From an uncultured Candidatus Binatia bacterium (GTDB lineage: Bacteria > Desulfobacterota > Binatia > UBA9968 > JAJDTQ01), in the NCBI GenBank assembly GCA_965242525.1, contig OZ251459.1, forward strand, positions 1,824,001-1,888,000: a stretch of 64,000 bases of DNA. The letters are read 5' to 3'. Below the pieces are notes generated by a model. That model did not search any database. It had not been told where the DNA came from and saw only the letters and a list, made by a program, of their open reading frames with translations. The position numbers and the translations under genes were made by a program. Below are positions 38,817 through 48,073 of the stretch, piece by piece. Position 1 is the stretch's first letter. Every line of letters begins with the position of its first letter.

Positions 38817-39188
38817 CTACACCCTCACAGGGTATGACCGGGAAGCCAGCATTTGCTGCCGTTGTTTGCGTTCCGACGGCTCTCGAGGCCAACCGACGAT
38901 GTTCGCGTGCCGCGGCGGGTCGTCATCGTGCTCGACTCGAAGACCGGCCTCCTGCACTGCCGACTCGGGGAACTCGCCCCAACCATGGAGTTTTCGTGCG
39001 GTGGGATGTTTCTTCACGACCTCATCACCCAGATCGCGGATCTGACCACGGACAAGACCACCGACGCGGAAAACGGAAAGCTCAAGCGCCTTGTTCGGCT
39101 CGAACAACTTGGGCTTTACGATCGAGTCGGTGAGACGGCCGCTCTCCACCGCGAACCTGGCAAGCAAACCCGCAGCCCTGACGGTCAT
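38817..39188 (-). CDS. Hypothetical protein, putative ADP-ribosyltransferase-like toxin
   Basis: LARF...F.P...LSVFR...PRHANI.GWP pattern; ATGA overlap with the upstream gene. Confidence 0.6.
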   Translation of the reverse strand: MTVRAAGLLARFAVESGRLTDSIVKPKLFEPNKALELSVFRVGGLVRGQIRDLGDEVVKKHPTARKLHGWGEFPESAVQEAGLRVEHDDDPPRHANIVGWPREPSERKQRQQMLASRSYPVRV

Positions 39189-39964
39189 TCGGTCTGCGCG
39201 CTCCGCAACCGTTCGAAGCAGCATTGCACGAATTGCGGCAACTTTCCGGTCCACGGTTCACGGCCGTTCAATCGAGCGCCATGGAACAGTCCGGAGAACG
39301 CGATTTCCCCGGAAGGACCAATGCTTACCGTAAGCATCATGTCCTGAGCGACAACCCAATCGAAATCCACTTCCCCGTGTGGCGTGGCGGCGACATCGGG
39401 CCGGGCAACGTAGCCCGGGAACTCGTCTATAAGTTTCCGGGCAATGTCCACCGTCTCCGGAGCAAGCGCAAGCGCGCCTTCGCCATCCCAGTTTTCGTCG
39501 CCGGCCTGCTTCAAGAGAGCGTAAACTTCCTGTCCGAGCGACTCTCGGTCCGCATTCGAGTATCGAACGATCCACGCGTCGGGAGTCACCGTCATCTTCA
39601 CCTCCAATGGCTCATCGGGTTTGACGTCTCGATGGCCGTTTATGGCGACGAACAGGCTTTCCCCGCCGGAATGCATCTCCGGAACCTCTGAACAATCGGG
39701 ACAGGGGGCATGAGCGCGTCCTTCGACTTCGCTTCGCTACGCTCAGGATGAATGGGGGACTTCGCTCCGCTACGCTCAGGACGAACAGGGATAGGGGCGT
39801 CAGGGTGAGGGAAGCGGGAATCCATCCCGGATGCTCGATTGTTCAGAGGTTCCCTCCGGCTCAATGCGAACGTCGTAGGGCACCTCGCCTTCACGAAAGC
39901 GCGCCCGTCCGAAAGCGTCGATGGAGGCCGCATCCACGAGAACCGACGTCCGAGGATCGAACAA
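39185..39964 (-). pseudogene. 'NWDGxGA' hypothetical protein interrupted by a MITE (C-terminal 163 codons still open)
   Basis: ENWDGEGA...PDV..TPHGEV.FDW motif. Removing 39681-39853 plus one TSD restores an open frame from TTG 39964. Confidence 0.6.
39681..39853. mobile_element. Intact MITE with 4-bp target-site duplication
   Basis: GGAACCTCTGAACAATCG...CGATTGTTCAGAGGTTCC flanked by CTCC on both sides; internal REP core partly duplicated. Confidence 0.88.
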
Positions 39965-40007
39965 TCACAAGCGGGAACTCTCCCCCGACGAACACCAGGC
40001 TGCTCAT

Positions 40008-40137
40008 GGAAACTCTGAACAATGGAACCGTGGATGAGTGGTATTCCCTCACCTGACCTTCCTATCCCCGTTCGTCCTGAGCGTAGCGAAGCGAAGTCGA
40101 AGGACGCGCTCTTCCTCCAGAATCGTTCATAGGCTCC
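40008..40137. mobile_element. Degenerate MITE copy
   Basis: ggaaactctgaacaat...gttcgtcctgagcgtagcgaagcgaagtcgaagg...atcgttcataggctcc; flanks tcat/ttat. Confidence 0.7.
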
Positions 40138-40377
40138 TTATGCAAGTCTGTGTCATCTATACGGGATCCTGCTGGTCCAGGGTGACAGGGGCAACCTCTG
40201 CACCCGCAACGAATATGTGGGGATTCTCGTAGCGAAGTCAAGGGCTTGGGGCCGCCCCGGGGCTGGCGCATGGACACATCCCGGCAACGACCGCCAGCCC
40301 GGCACTCGGCACGCATCTGCCGCAAGGGGAGAAGTGTCAGGGCAGGCCCCACCGTCGTGTCAGGGCAGGCCCCTCCG

Positions 40378-41286
40378 TCACCCGGCGCCGAGGACATGGC
40401 GTAGCCCCTCCGTCAGCGAGCCGTGGCGGAAGGCGTACCCGGAGCCCGGCAGCTTTTCCGGCTTGACCCGGGCGCTGGCCAGCAGCAGCGCCTCCGCCAT
40501 CTCGCCGAAAGCCAACCGGGCCATGAAACCGGGAACCGGGAACACGGTGGGCCGGCGGAGCGCGCGGCCCAGAGTCGCGGTGAACTCGCGGTTGGTGACC
40601 GGCGCGGGCGCAACCACGTTCACCGGCCCCGTTACCGTGTCCGCGGCCAGCAGGTGGCCGAGGGCTGCGGCAGCGTCGTCCAGGGTGATCCAGCTCATGT
40701 ACTGCCGGCCGTTTCCGAGGACGCCCCCGACGCCGAGTTTGAAGGGCGTCAGCATCTTGGCCAACGCGCCGCCCCGCTTGCTCAACACCATGCCCAGCCG
40801 CGCGTGGACCACCCGGACGCCCTTTCCCTCGGCCGCTTCGGTGGCCGCTTCCCACGCGCCGCACACCTCGGAAAGGAAACCCGTACCCGCGGGACTGCCC
40901 TCGGTGAGATCCTCCTCGCCGCGGTCGCCGTAGAAACCCACCGCAGAGGCGGACACCAGCACCCGGGGCGGCCGCTCCAGCGCCGCCAGGGTCCGGGCCA
41001 GCAGCCGCGTCCCGCGGACACGGCTTTCCCGGATGCGGCGTTTCTTCTCCGCGTTCCAGCGCCCGGAAGCGATGTTCTCGCCGGCCAAGTGCACCACGCC
41101 CTCGAATCCCTCCAGGGCTTCCGCTCCAAGGGTTTCCGCATCCGGGTCCCAGGGGACGTCGCCGGCGCCCGCACCGCTACCCGGCGCCGACCGCACCAGC
41201 CGCGCCACCTCGTGTCCGTCCGCCCTCAGCAACGGGACCAGCGCGCTGCCCACCAGTCCCGACGCTCCGGTCACCAGTACCTTCAT
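40378..41286 (-). CDS. TIGR01777-family NAD-dependent epimerase-like oxidoreductase
   Basis: MKVLVTGASGLVG, HLAGENI..RW...K..I.ESRV, SASAVGFYG, GRQYMSWI. Confidence 0.92.
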   Translation of the reverse strand: MKVLVTGASGLVGSALVPLLRADGHEVARLVRSAPGSGAGAGDVPWDPDAETLGAEALEGFEGVVHLAGENIASGRWNAEKKRRIRESRVRGTRLLARTLAALERPPRVLVSASAVGFYGDRGEEDLTEGSPAGTGFLSEVCGAWEAATEAAEGKGVRVVHARLGMVLSKRGGALAKMLTPFKLGVGGVLGNGRQYMSWITLDDAAAALGHLLAADTVTGPVNVVAPAPVTNREFTATLGRALRRPTVFPVPGFMARLAFGEMAEALLLASARVKPEKLPGSGYAFRHGSLTEGLRHVLGAG

Positions 41287-41414
41287 GCGGGGGCCTCCTT
41301 TCCTCGCACGCCGTGCGGCGTCGCTTGCACCGCCGCGGCACCGTCCGCGCCTCGTTCTTCCGTATCCCGTTCTATCATAGCATCGGCGGACCGTTTGGCG
41401 AGTCCGTGTCCGCA

Positions 41415-41570
41415 AGAACGCCTGAACAATCGGGACATGGAGGATGGATTCCCGCTTTCGCGGGAATGACGGGGGTGGGCGTCTGCGGGAATGACGGGGC
41501 AGGCGTCCGCGGAGCAATGACGGCGTGGGGAACGCGCCCGCGCCTGTTTGACTTAGCTGCGAAGTGTTCC
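41415..41570. mobile_element. MITE-like element carrying the ATTCCC-N8-GGGAAT palindrome core
   Basis: gaacgcctgaacaatcg left end; ggattcccgctttcgcgggaatgac plus two decayed tandem copies. Confidence 0.6.
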
Positions 41571-41618
41571 TAAACCTTTCGTCAGCGGGGCTCGGCAACG
41601 CGGGTCCGTGCTCAGACC

Positions 41619-42866
41619 ATGCTGGACGGCTTGCTGAAAGACGTGGAGCGGCGCACCGGCTACTTCGGGGCCTACGGCGGCGCCTTTACCCCGGAGATCC
41701 TGCGCACCACCCTGGACGAGCTCGTGGCGGCCTTCGAGGCGGCGCGCAAGGACCCGTCCTTCTACGAGGAGTTCCGGGCGGTCATGCAGACCTACTCGTG
41801 CCGGCCGACCCCCCTCACCCGGCTGGAGAACCTGAGCGCCGTCCTCGGCGGCCCGCAGCTCTACCTCAAGCGGGAAGACCTCAACCAGACCGGCTCCCAC
41901 AAGATCAACAACGTCATGGGCCAGGGGCTGCTGGTGGCGCGCATGGGCAAGAAGCGCGTCATCGCCGAGACCGGCGCGGGACAGCACGGCGTCGCCACAG
42001 CCACCATGGCCGCCCGGCTGGGGCTGGCGTGCACCATCTACATGGGCGCGGTGGACGTGGAGCGGCAACGGCCCAACGTCTTCTGGATGGAGCGTCTCGG
42101 AGCGGAAGTGGTCTCGGTGGAAGACGGTTCGGGCACCCTCAAGGACGCCATCAACCAGTGCCTGCGGGACTGGGCCTTCTCCATGGACGACACGCACTAC
42201 GTGCTGGGCACCGCCTGCGGCCCGCACCCGTTCCCGCAGATCGTGGCCTATTTCCAGCAGGTCATCGGACAGGAATGCCGCGAGCAGATGATGGAGGCCG
42301 CGGGCCGGCTGCCGGACCGCGTGTATTGCTGCGTGGGCGGCGGCTCCAACGCCACCGGCACGTTCCTGGGCTTTCTCGACGACCCCGGCGTGGAGCTCGT
42401 GGGGATGGAGGCGGGCGGGGAAGGGCTCGAATCGGGCCGCCACGCCGCCCGCCTGGCGGGCTCGGACGGCAGCCCCGGTGTCGCCCAGGGCTACAAGACC
42501 TACTTCCTGCAAGACCAAGAGGGCCAGATGCGGCAGACCCATTCCGTGGCCGCGGGCCTGGACTACATCGGCGTGAGCCCGATCCTGGCCTGCCTGCGGG
42601 AGAGCGGGCGGGTCCGGTTCGAGGCAGCCACCGACCGCGAAGTCCTGGACGCGTTCCAGACGCTGCTGCGCCGCGAGGGGATCATCGCCGCGCTGGAAAG
42701 CTCCCACGCGGTGGCCGGCGCTATCCGCGACGCGGGCCGCATGGGCCGGGACCGGACCGTGCTGGTCACCCTGTCCGGACGCGGCGACAAGGACATCTTC
42801 ACCATCGCCGAGGCATTGGACGACCCGAGCTGGCGGCGGTTCCTGGAGCGGAAGACCGTCCGTTGA
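41619..42866 (+). CDS. trpB: Tryptophan synthase beta chain
   Basis: GYFGAYGG, LKREDLNQTGSHKINN, AETGAGQHG, CVGGGSN, AGLDY, ALESSHA, LSGRGDKD. Confidence 0.95.
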   Translation: MLDGLLKDVERRTGYFGAYGGAFTPEILRTTLDELVAAFEAARKDPSFYEEFRAVMQTYSCRPTPLTRLENLSAVLGGPQLYLKREDLNQTGSHKINNVMGQGLLVARMGKKRVIAETGAGQHGVATATMAARLGLACTIYMGAVDVERQRPNVFWMERLGAEVVSVEDGSGTLKDAINQCLRDWAFSMDDTHYVLGTACGPHPFPQIVAYFQQVIGQECREQMMEAAGRLPDRVYCCVGGGSNATGTFLGFLDDPGVELVGMEAGGEGLESGRHAARLAGSDGSPGVAQGYKTYFLQDQEGQMRQTHSVAAGLDYIGVSPILACLRESGRVRFEAATDREVLDAFQTLLRREGIIAALESSHAVAGAIRDAGRMGRDRTVLVTLSGRGDKDIFTIAEALDDPSWRRFLERKTVR

Positions 42867-43678
42867 ACCTCCAGACCTACATCGAAGGCCGTCTCGGCTC
42901 GCGCACGATCCTGCTGATGACCCACGTCATCGTGGGCTACCCGTCCCTGGACGTGAACTGGCGGATGCTGGAGTCGATGGAGCGGGCGGACGTGGACCTG
43001 GTGGAGCTTCAGATGCCCTTCAGCGAACCCATCGCCGACGGCCCGCTCTTCACCCGGGCCAACCAGGAAGCCCTCCGGCAGGGCCTTTCCACGAGCCAGT
43101 ACTTCGACTTCATGCGGCGCGCCACCGAGCGGTTCGAGTTCCCCCACCTGATGATGGGTTACTACAACACCCTGTTCCGGCTCACCCACCGAACCTTCTG
43201 CGAGCGGCTGGGCGCGGCGGGGGGCGCGGGCTTCATCGTCCCCGACCTTCCCATCGAGGAGTACCACGACCTCTTTTCCCTGAGCGAGGCGCACCGGTTG
43301 ACGCCCATCGCCCTGTTCACCCCCACCAACTCCGATGCGCGCCTGGCGGAGATCGGCAGGCACGGCCGCGGGTTCGTCTATGGAGTGGCGCGCCGCGGCG
43401 TCACCGGCAGCCCCACCGACCTCAAGGCAGGGGTCGCCGCTCTCGCGGCGCGCTACCGGGCGGCCACCCATCTGCCCCTGGCCCTGGGTTTCGGCATCGC
43501 CGGCGGCGGCGACTTGCGCCAGCTCCACGGCAACTGCGAGATCGCGGTGGTGGGATCGGCCTTGCTGGACCATTGGGAAAAGGGCGGCGAGAGCGGCTAC
43601 CGCGATTTTCTCGAAGAGATCCAGCAGGCGCGCGCCGGAACCGCGCCGGGGTCTCCCGCGCGGAAGGCGGAGCCATGA
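42863..43678 (+). CDS. trpA: Tryptophan synthase alpha chain
   Basis: TTG overlapping the trpB stop; VELQMPFSEPIADGP, MGYYN, IVPDLP, RRGVTG, LGFGI, VVGSA. Confidence 0.9.
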   Translation: MNLQTYIEGRLGSRTILLMTHVIVGYPSLDVNWRMLESMERADVDLVELQMPFSEPIADGPLFTRANQEALRQGLSTSQYFDFMRRATERFEFPHLMMGYYNTLFRLTHRTFCERLGAAGGAGFIVPDLPIEEYHDLFSLSEAHRLTPIALFTPTNSDARLAEIGRHGRGFVYGVARRGVTGSPTDLKAGVAALAARYRAATHLPLALGFGIAGGGDLRQLHGNCEIAVVGSALLDHWEKGGESGYRDFLEEIQQARAGTAPGSPARKAEP

Positions 43679-44625
43679 AAGCGGTCTTCATCCCAGAGAC
43701 CGGCGGCCCGGAAGTCCTCGCCTACGGCGACGTGCCGGAGCCGGAGACCGGCCCCGCGGACCTGCTGGTGCGGGTCAGGGCCGCGGCGCTCAACCGCCGG
43801 GACGTGTTCGCCCGCGAGGGGAGCCACGGAGTCAGGCCTCCCCTGCCCCACGTGCCGGGCCTGGAGGTGGCGGGCGAGGTGGCGGAGGCGGGGCCGGAAG
43901 CACGGGGGTTCCAGGTCGGGGACCGGGTCCTGGGGCGTTGCCGGAGCGGCGGTTACGCGGAACTCGCGCGGGTGGAAGCCGCGGACGCCTATCCCTTCCC
44001 GGACTGGATGTCCTTCGAGGAAGCGGCGTGCGTGGCTGTGCCCTTCGGCACCGCATGGCGCATGCTCGTGCGCCGGGCCGCGCTCGAATCCGGCGAGGAC
44101 CTGCTGGTCATGGCCGCGGGCAGCGGCATCGGCGTGGGCGCCATCCAGCTCGGCAAGCTCCTGGGGGCGCGGGTGATCACCACCGCGGGTTCGCAGTGGA
44201 AGCTCGACAAGGCCGCGGAACTGGGCGCGGACGCGGGCATCAACTACAGGGAGTTCCCGGAGTTCAGCCGCAAGGTCCGGGATCTCACCCGGGGCGAAGG
44301 CGTGCACGTGGTGTTCGAGCACATCGGCGCCGCGGTGTGGCGCGAGTGCTTCGCCAGCCTCCGGCGGGGCGGCCGCTTCGTCAACTCCGGGGTCACCGCG
44401 GGCCATCGCACGGAGTTGCACCTGGGGCAACTCTGGACTCGCGAACTGACGCTCATGGGAACCACCATGCGGCCGCGAGAGGACATGCCCGAGATCATGC
44501 GCCTGGTGCGCGAGGGGAAGCTGCGCGGCGTGGTGTCCGAGGTGCTGCCGCTGCGCGACGCCGGGCGCGCCCACGAACTCATGGAGCGGAGCGAGTTCTT
44601 CGGCAAGATCGTGCTGGCGCCGTAG
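43675..44625 (+). CDS. MDR-family quinone oxidoreductase-like protein
   Basis: GGPEVL, PHVPGLEVAG, AAGSGIG, FGKIVL. Confidence 0.9.
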   Translation: MKAVFIPETGGPEVLAYGDVPEPETGPADLLVRVRAAALNRRDVFAREGSHGVRPPLPHVPGLEVAGEVAEAGPEARGFQVGDRVLGRCRSGGYAELARVEAADAYPFPDWMSFEEAACVAVPFGTAWRMLVRRAALESGEDLLVMAAGSGIGVGAIQLGKLLGARVITTAGSQWKLDKAAELGADAGINYREFPEFSRKVRDLTRGEGVHVVFEHIGAAVWRECFASLRRGGRFVNSGVTAGHRTELHLGQLWTRELTLMGTTMRPREDMPEIMRLVREGKLRGVVSEVLPLRDAGRAHELMERSEFFGKIVLAP

Positions 44626-44654
44626 GGGATCCCGCACATCGAGAGGATGGCCTG

Positions 44655-45602
44655 ATGCGGTTCGGAGTCATGGGGACGGGCGGAGTCGGAGGCTACTTCG
44701 GGGGGTTGCTCGCCCGGGCGGGGGCGCCGGTGTGCTTCATCGCCCGAGGCCCCCACCTGCGGGCGTTGCAGGAGCGCGGGTTGACCGTGGACTCGGTGGA
44801 GCCTGGCCCGTTCCACGTGCGGGACGCGCTGTTCACGGACGACCCTAAGGAAGCCGGACCCTGCGACGTGGTCCTCTACTGCGTCAAGACCCCTTCCAAC
44901 CATACGGCGATACCCTTCATGCGGCCCATGGTGGGCCCGGACTCCGTGGTCGTCTCGCTCCAGAACGGCGTTGACAACGCCGAGCTGCTGGCCCGTGAAT
45001 ACGGCGAGGCCCGGGTGCTGGCGGGAGCCGCCTACGTCTTCAGCGCGGTCGCGGGTCCCGGAAGGATCCGCCAGACCGCGGGGCCGCGGCGGATCGTCTT
45101 CGGCCCCCTGGGGAGCGGGAACGAGGACAAGGGCGAGGAGGTCGCGGCCGCGATGCGCGGGGCCGGGGTGGACGCCCGCCGGTCTTCGGACATCCGCGTG
45201 GAACTCTGGAACAAGTTCATACTCATCTGCGCGGTGAGCGGCATGACGGCGTTGACGCGGCGACCCCTCGGCCACGTCCTCGGCTACGACGGAACCGCGG
45301 GCATGGCCCGGGAGGTCATGCGGGAAGTCCGCCAACTGGGCTCGACCATGGGGGTCCCGCTGGCGCCGGACGCGGACGCCGCGGCGTACCGTTTCATGGC
45401 GCAGCAGGACCCTGCGGGCAAGGGCAGCATGTGCCACGACGTGGAGGCCGGACGGCGCCTGGAGATCGACTCGCTGTGCGGTTACGTCTCGCGCATGGGC
45501 CGTACCCACGGCGTTCCCACCCCGCTCAACGACTACCTCTACCACACCCTCAAGCTGGCGGACCTGGAAGCGGAGCGCAGACCGCGAGAACCAGCGTCGT
45601 GA
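44655..45602 (+). CDS. panE: 2-dehydropantoate 2-reductase
   Basis: GTGGVGGYFG, ARG.HL, SLQNG, LWNKF, SM.HD...GRRLEID. Confidence 0.88.
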   Translation: MRFGVMGTGGVGGYFGGLLARAGAPVCFIARGPHLRALQERGLTVDSVEPGPFHVRDALFTDDPKEAGPCDVVLYCVKTPSNHTAIPFMRPMVGPDSVVVSLQNGVDNAELLAREYGEARVLAGAAYVFSAVAGPGRIRQTAGPRRIVFGPLGSGNEDKGEEVAAAMRGAGVDARRSSDIRVELWNKFILICAVSGMTALTRRPLGHVLGYDGTAGMAREVMREVRQLGSTMGVPLAPDADAAAYRFMAQQDPAGKGSMCHDVEAGRRLEIDSLCGYVSRMGRTHGVPTPLNDYLYHTLKLADLEAERRPREPAS

Positions 45603-46330
45603 CCGCCCTTCGCCAACGCACGGAAAAGGTCGCCGTCCACCGGGGCCTCCATGTCTCCGCGGTGGTGGCGGAACCCGCGGACTACCGTGCCGGCAAGACC
45701 GACGCGGTGGTGCTGGCCCACGGCGCGGGCGCCGGCATGGACCACCCCTTCCTGACGTTCTTCCACGAGTCCCTGGCCCGGGCAGGCTGGCTCTCCGTCA
45801 AATTCAACTTCCCCTACAAGGAGCAGGGTCGAAAGGCCCCCGACCCCGCGGCCCGGCTGGAAGAAGCGTTCGAGCGGGTGCTGGACCACGTGCGCGCGAA
45901 ACTGCAAGTCCCGACGGACCGGCTCTTTGCCGGCGGCAAGTCCATGGGCGGCCGCATGGCTGCCGCGGTGGCAGCCAGGGACGGGGCCGCGAAGGATGGA
46001 GCCGGAAAGGGTGAAACCGGAAGGGGGCTGGCCGGTCTGGTCTTCCTGGGCTATCCGCTTCATGCGCCCAAACGCCACGACCGGCTTCGGACCGACGACC
46101 TCCTCCGGGTGACCGTTCCCATGCTGTTCGTGGAAGGGACCAACGATCCCTTCTGTCGCCTGGACCTGCTCGCGGAAGTACTGGAACGGGTCAAGGCGCC
46201 GACCCGAACCCACGTCATCGATGGCGGCAACCACGACTTCCGAGTCCCCAAGCGTCAGGGCCGGGCGCCGGAAGCTGTCTGGCAGGAAGCGGTGGAGGCC
46301 ATCTGCCGATGGCGACGGTCAGCCGGATGA
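45599..46330 (+). CDS. Alpha/beta hydrolase (KANL3/Tex30-like)
   Basis: LAHGAGAGMDHPF, FNFPY, GGKSMGGR, LGYPLH, GTNDPF, GNHDF. Confidence 0.88.
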   Translation: MTALRQRTEKVAVHRGLHVSAVVAEPADYRAGKTDAVVLAHGAGAGMDHPFLTFFHESLARAGWLSVKFNFPYKEQGRKAPDPAARLEEAFERVLDHVRAKLQVPTDRLFAGGKSMGGRMAAAVAARDGAAKDGAGKGETGRGLAGLVFLGYPLHAPKRHDRLRTDDLLRVTVPMLFVEGTNDPFCRLDLLAEVLERVKAPTRTHVIDGGNHDFRVPKRQGRAPEAVWQEAVEAICRWRRSAG

Positions 46331-46384
46331 ACCCGACCCGACACCCTTCACCGTGTAAACCATGTTACCGGTTTGTACCGTTCC

Positions 46385-46957
46385 CTACGGCGCGGCTTCC
46401 TTGCGGCGGGCGGCGGTGGTGACGACGGGGTCCACCGGCACGTCGCTGTGCGGCCCCCGGTTGCCGGTCTTCACCCCGGCGATCTTGTCCACCACGTCCA
46501 TGCCTTCGGCGACCCGACCGAACACCGCGTAGCCGAAGTCCCGCGTGCCGTGGTCCAGGAAAGCGTTGTCCTTCAGGTTGATGAAGAACTGGGACGTGGC
46601 GCTGTTGATGTCCGACGTGCGCGCCATGGACAGGGTGCCCCGCGCGTTCTTGACCCCGTTGTCGGCTTCGTTCTCGATGGGCGCCCGGGTGGGTTTCTGG
46701 TTCATGTCGTCCGTAAAGCCCCCGCCCTGGATCATGAAACCGGGAATGACCCGGTGGAAGATCGTGCCGTCGTAGAACTTCGCGTCCACGTAGTCGAGGA
46801 AGTTCTTCACCGTGACGGGAGCTTCCTCGGAGAACAACTCTATCGTAATGTCGCCTTGCGACGTGGAAAAGATCACCACGGGCCTTTCACCTCCCTGAGC
46901 TTCCGAATGGAACGCCGCAGCGCCCGACAACAACAAGAGCGCCGCCGTAAGGCGCAT
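46385..46957 (-). CDS. ppiA: Cyclophilin-type peptidyl-prolyl isomerase with signal peptide
   Basis: FYDGTIFHRVIPGFMIQGGG, MART...SATSQFFIN, GYAVFG. Confidence 0.9.
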   Translation of the reverse strand: MRLTAALLLLSGAAAFHSEAQGGERPVVIFSTSQGDITIELFSEEAPVTVKNFLDYVDAKFYDGTIFHRVIPGFMIQGGGFTDDMNQKPTRAPIENEADNGVKNARGTLSMARTSDINSATSQFFINLKDNAFLDHGTRDFGYAVFGRVAEGMDVVDKIAGVKTGNRGPHSDVPVDPVVTTAARRKEAAP

Positions 46958-47015
46958 GAACCTCGATACCGATCCATGAGTTCCCAAACCTTGCCTCCTG
47001 ACTCGAACCCGAAAG

Positions 47016-47873
47016 CTACGCTCCACCGGACCGTCGCCCATCCACCGCGACCCGGGCGAGTATCCAGTCCACCATCCGGGGCTTCCCCAGTATGACGTCG
47101 AAACGACGGTCGTCCGGTTCCCTGCCGGTCCTTTGAAAACATACGTAGCGGCCGCCGGCCTCTTCCATCAACACCTTGCTCGCCATGGTGTCCCAGAGAC
47201 GGAGGTCGAAATCCACCATGGCGCCCACGGAGCCCTCCAGGGCCAGGGCGTGGCCGAAGCAGTCGGTGTAGGTCCGCACCACGGGATGGGCCTGCATCAG
47301 CGCGTCGAACACGTCCGGCCGCCCGGCCGCGGCGAACTGTTGCCGGTCGCCGATGCCGATGATCTCGTCTTCCGGGGCCGCGTCTCCGGGCAGGTCCTCC
47401 AGGGTGACCGGCCGGCCGTTGCAGCGGGTCCCGAGGCCCCTTGCGGCGCTGTAGGTCTTGCCCAGAGCCGGCAGGTCGATGACCCCCAGGATCGGATCGC
47501 CGCGGTGGAGCAACGCCAGCAACGTGCCGTACAACGGCACCCCGTGCCGGAAGCTCCGGGTGCCGTCGATGGGGTCGATGACCCAGGTCAGGGCGCGGCC
47601 GCGGCGGTCGGCCGCGGGCAGCTCCTCGCCGATGACGCCGTGTGCGGGGAAGCGCGCGGCCAGGAGCGTCCGGGCCTTCTCCTCCACCGCGATGTCCACT
47701 TCCGTCACGAGGCTCCCGTCGGCCTTGGACCCGTGCGTGAAACCCTTGTCCAGCGCGGCCTCGATGAGCGTCCGCGTCTGGCGGACGATGCCGCAGGCCG
47801 CGGCAAGGACCTCTCGAAGCTCCTCCCCGGCCGGCGCGCCGGGGACGGAGGAACCCTCCGACCGGCCAGCCAT
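47016..47873 (-). CDS. Inositol monophosphatase family (HisN-like histidinol-phosphatase)
   Basis: KADGS.VT..D, GEE, WVIDPIDGT, LWD. Confidence 0.8.
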   Translation of the reverse strand: MAGRSEGSSVPGAPAGEELREVLAAACGIVRQTRTLIEAALDKGFTHGSKADGSLVTEVDIAVEEKARTLLAARFPAHGVIGEELPAADRRGRALTWVIDPIDGTRSFRHGVPLYGTLLALLHRGDPILGVIDLPALGKTYSAARGLGTRCNGRPVTLEDLPGDAAPEDEIIGIGDRQQFAAAGRPDVFDALMQAHPVVRTYTDCFGHALALEGSVGAMVDFDLRLWDTMASKVLMEEAGGRYVCFQRTGREPDDRRFDVILGKPRMVDWILARVAVDGRRSGGA

Positions 47874-48073
47874 GGCGTCCTCGCACCGCATGGGGGCAAT
47901 ATACACGTCGGCGCGGAACCAGGGAAACGGACGCGGACGCGGACCCGGTGAACGGACGGGGGCGCGGGTCGAGCTCGACCGGGAAGACCGGCCGCTGACC
48001 GCGGACCCGGTGGACGGACGGAGGCGCGGCTGTTAGGCTGCCCGAAGACAGCCGCCCGGCAAGGAGACCGCTC

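Noticed and set aside
40334-40379. 23-bp tandem duplication at the end of the TIGR01777 gene; also a 14-bp repeat at about 26406-26452
   Set aside because: Two-copy local duplications with no further support for function.
41564-43678. Apparent long N-terminal extensions of TrpA, PanE (43335), ArgS (53391), CysQ (48142) and the HdrB-like protein (60176)
   Set aside because: Extensions overlap upstream genes in another frame; the true starts are internal.
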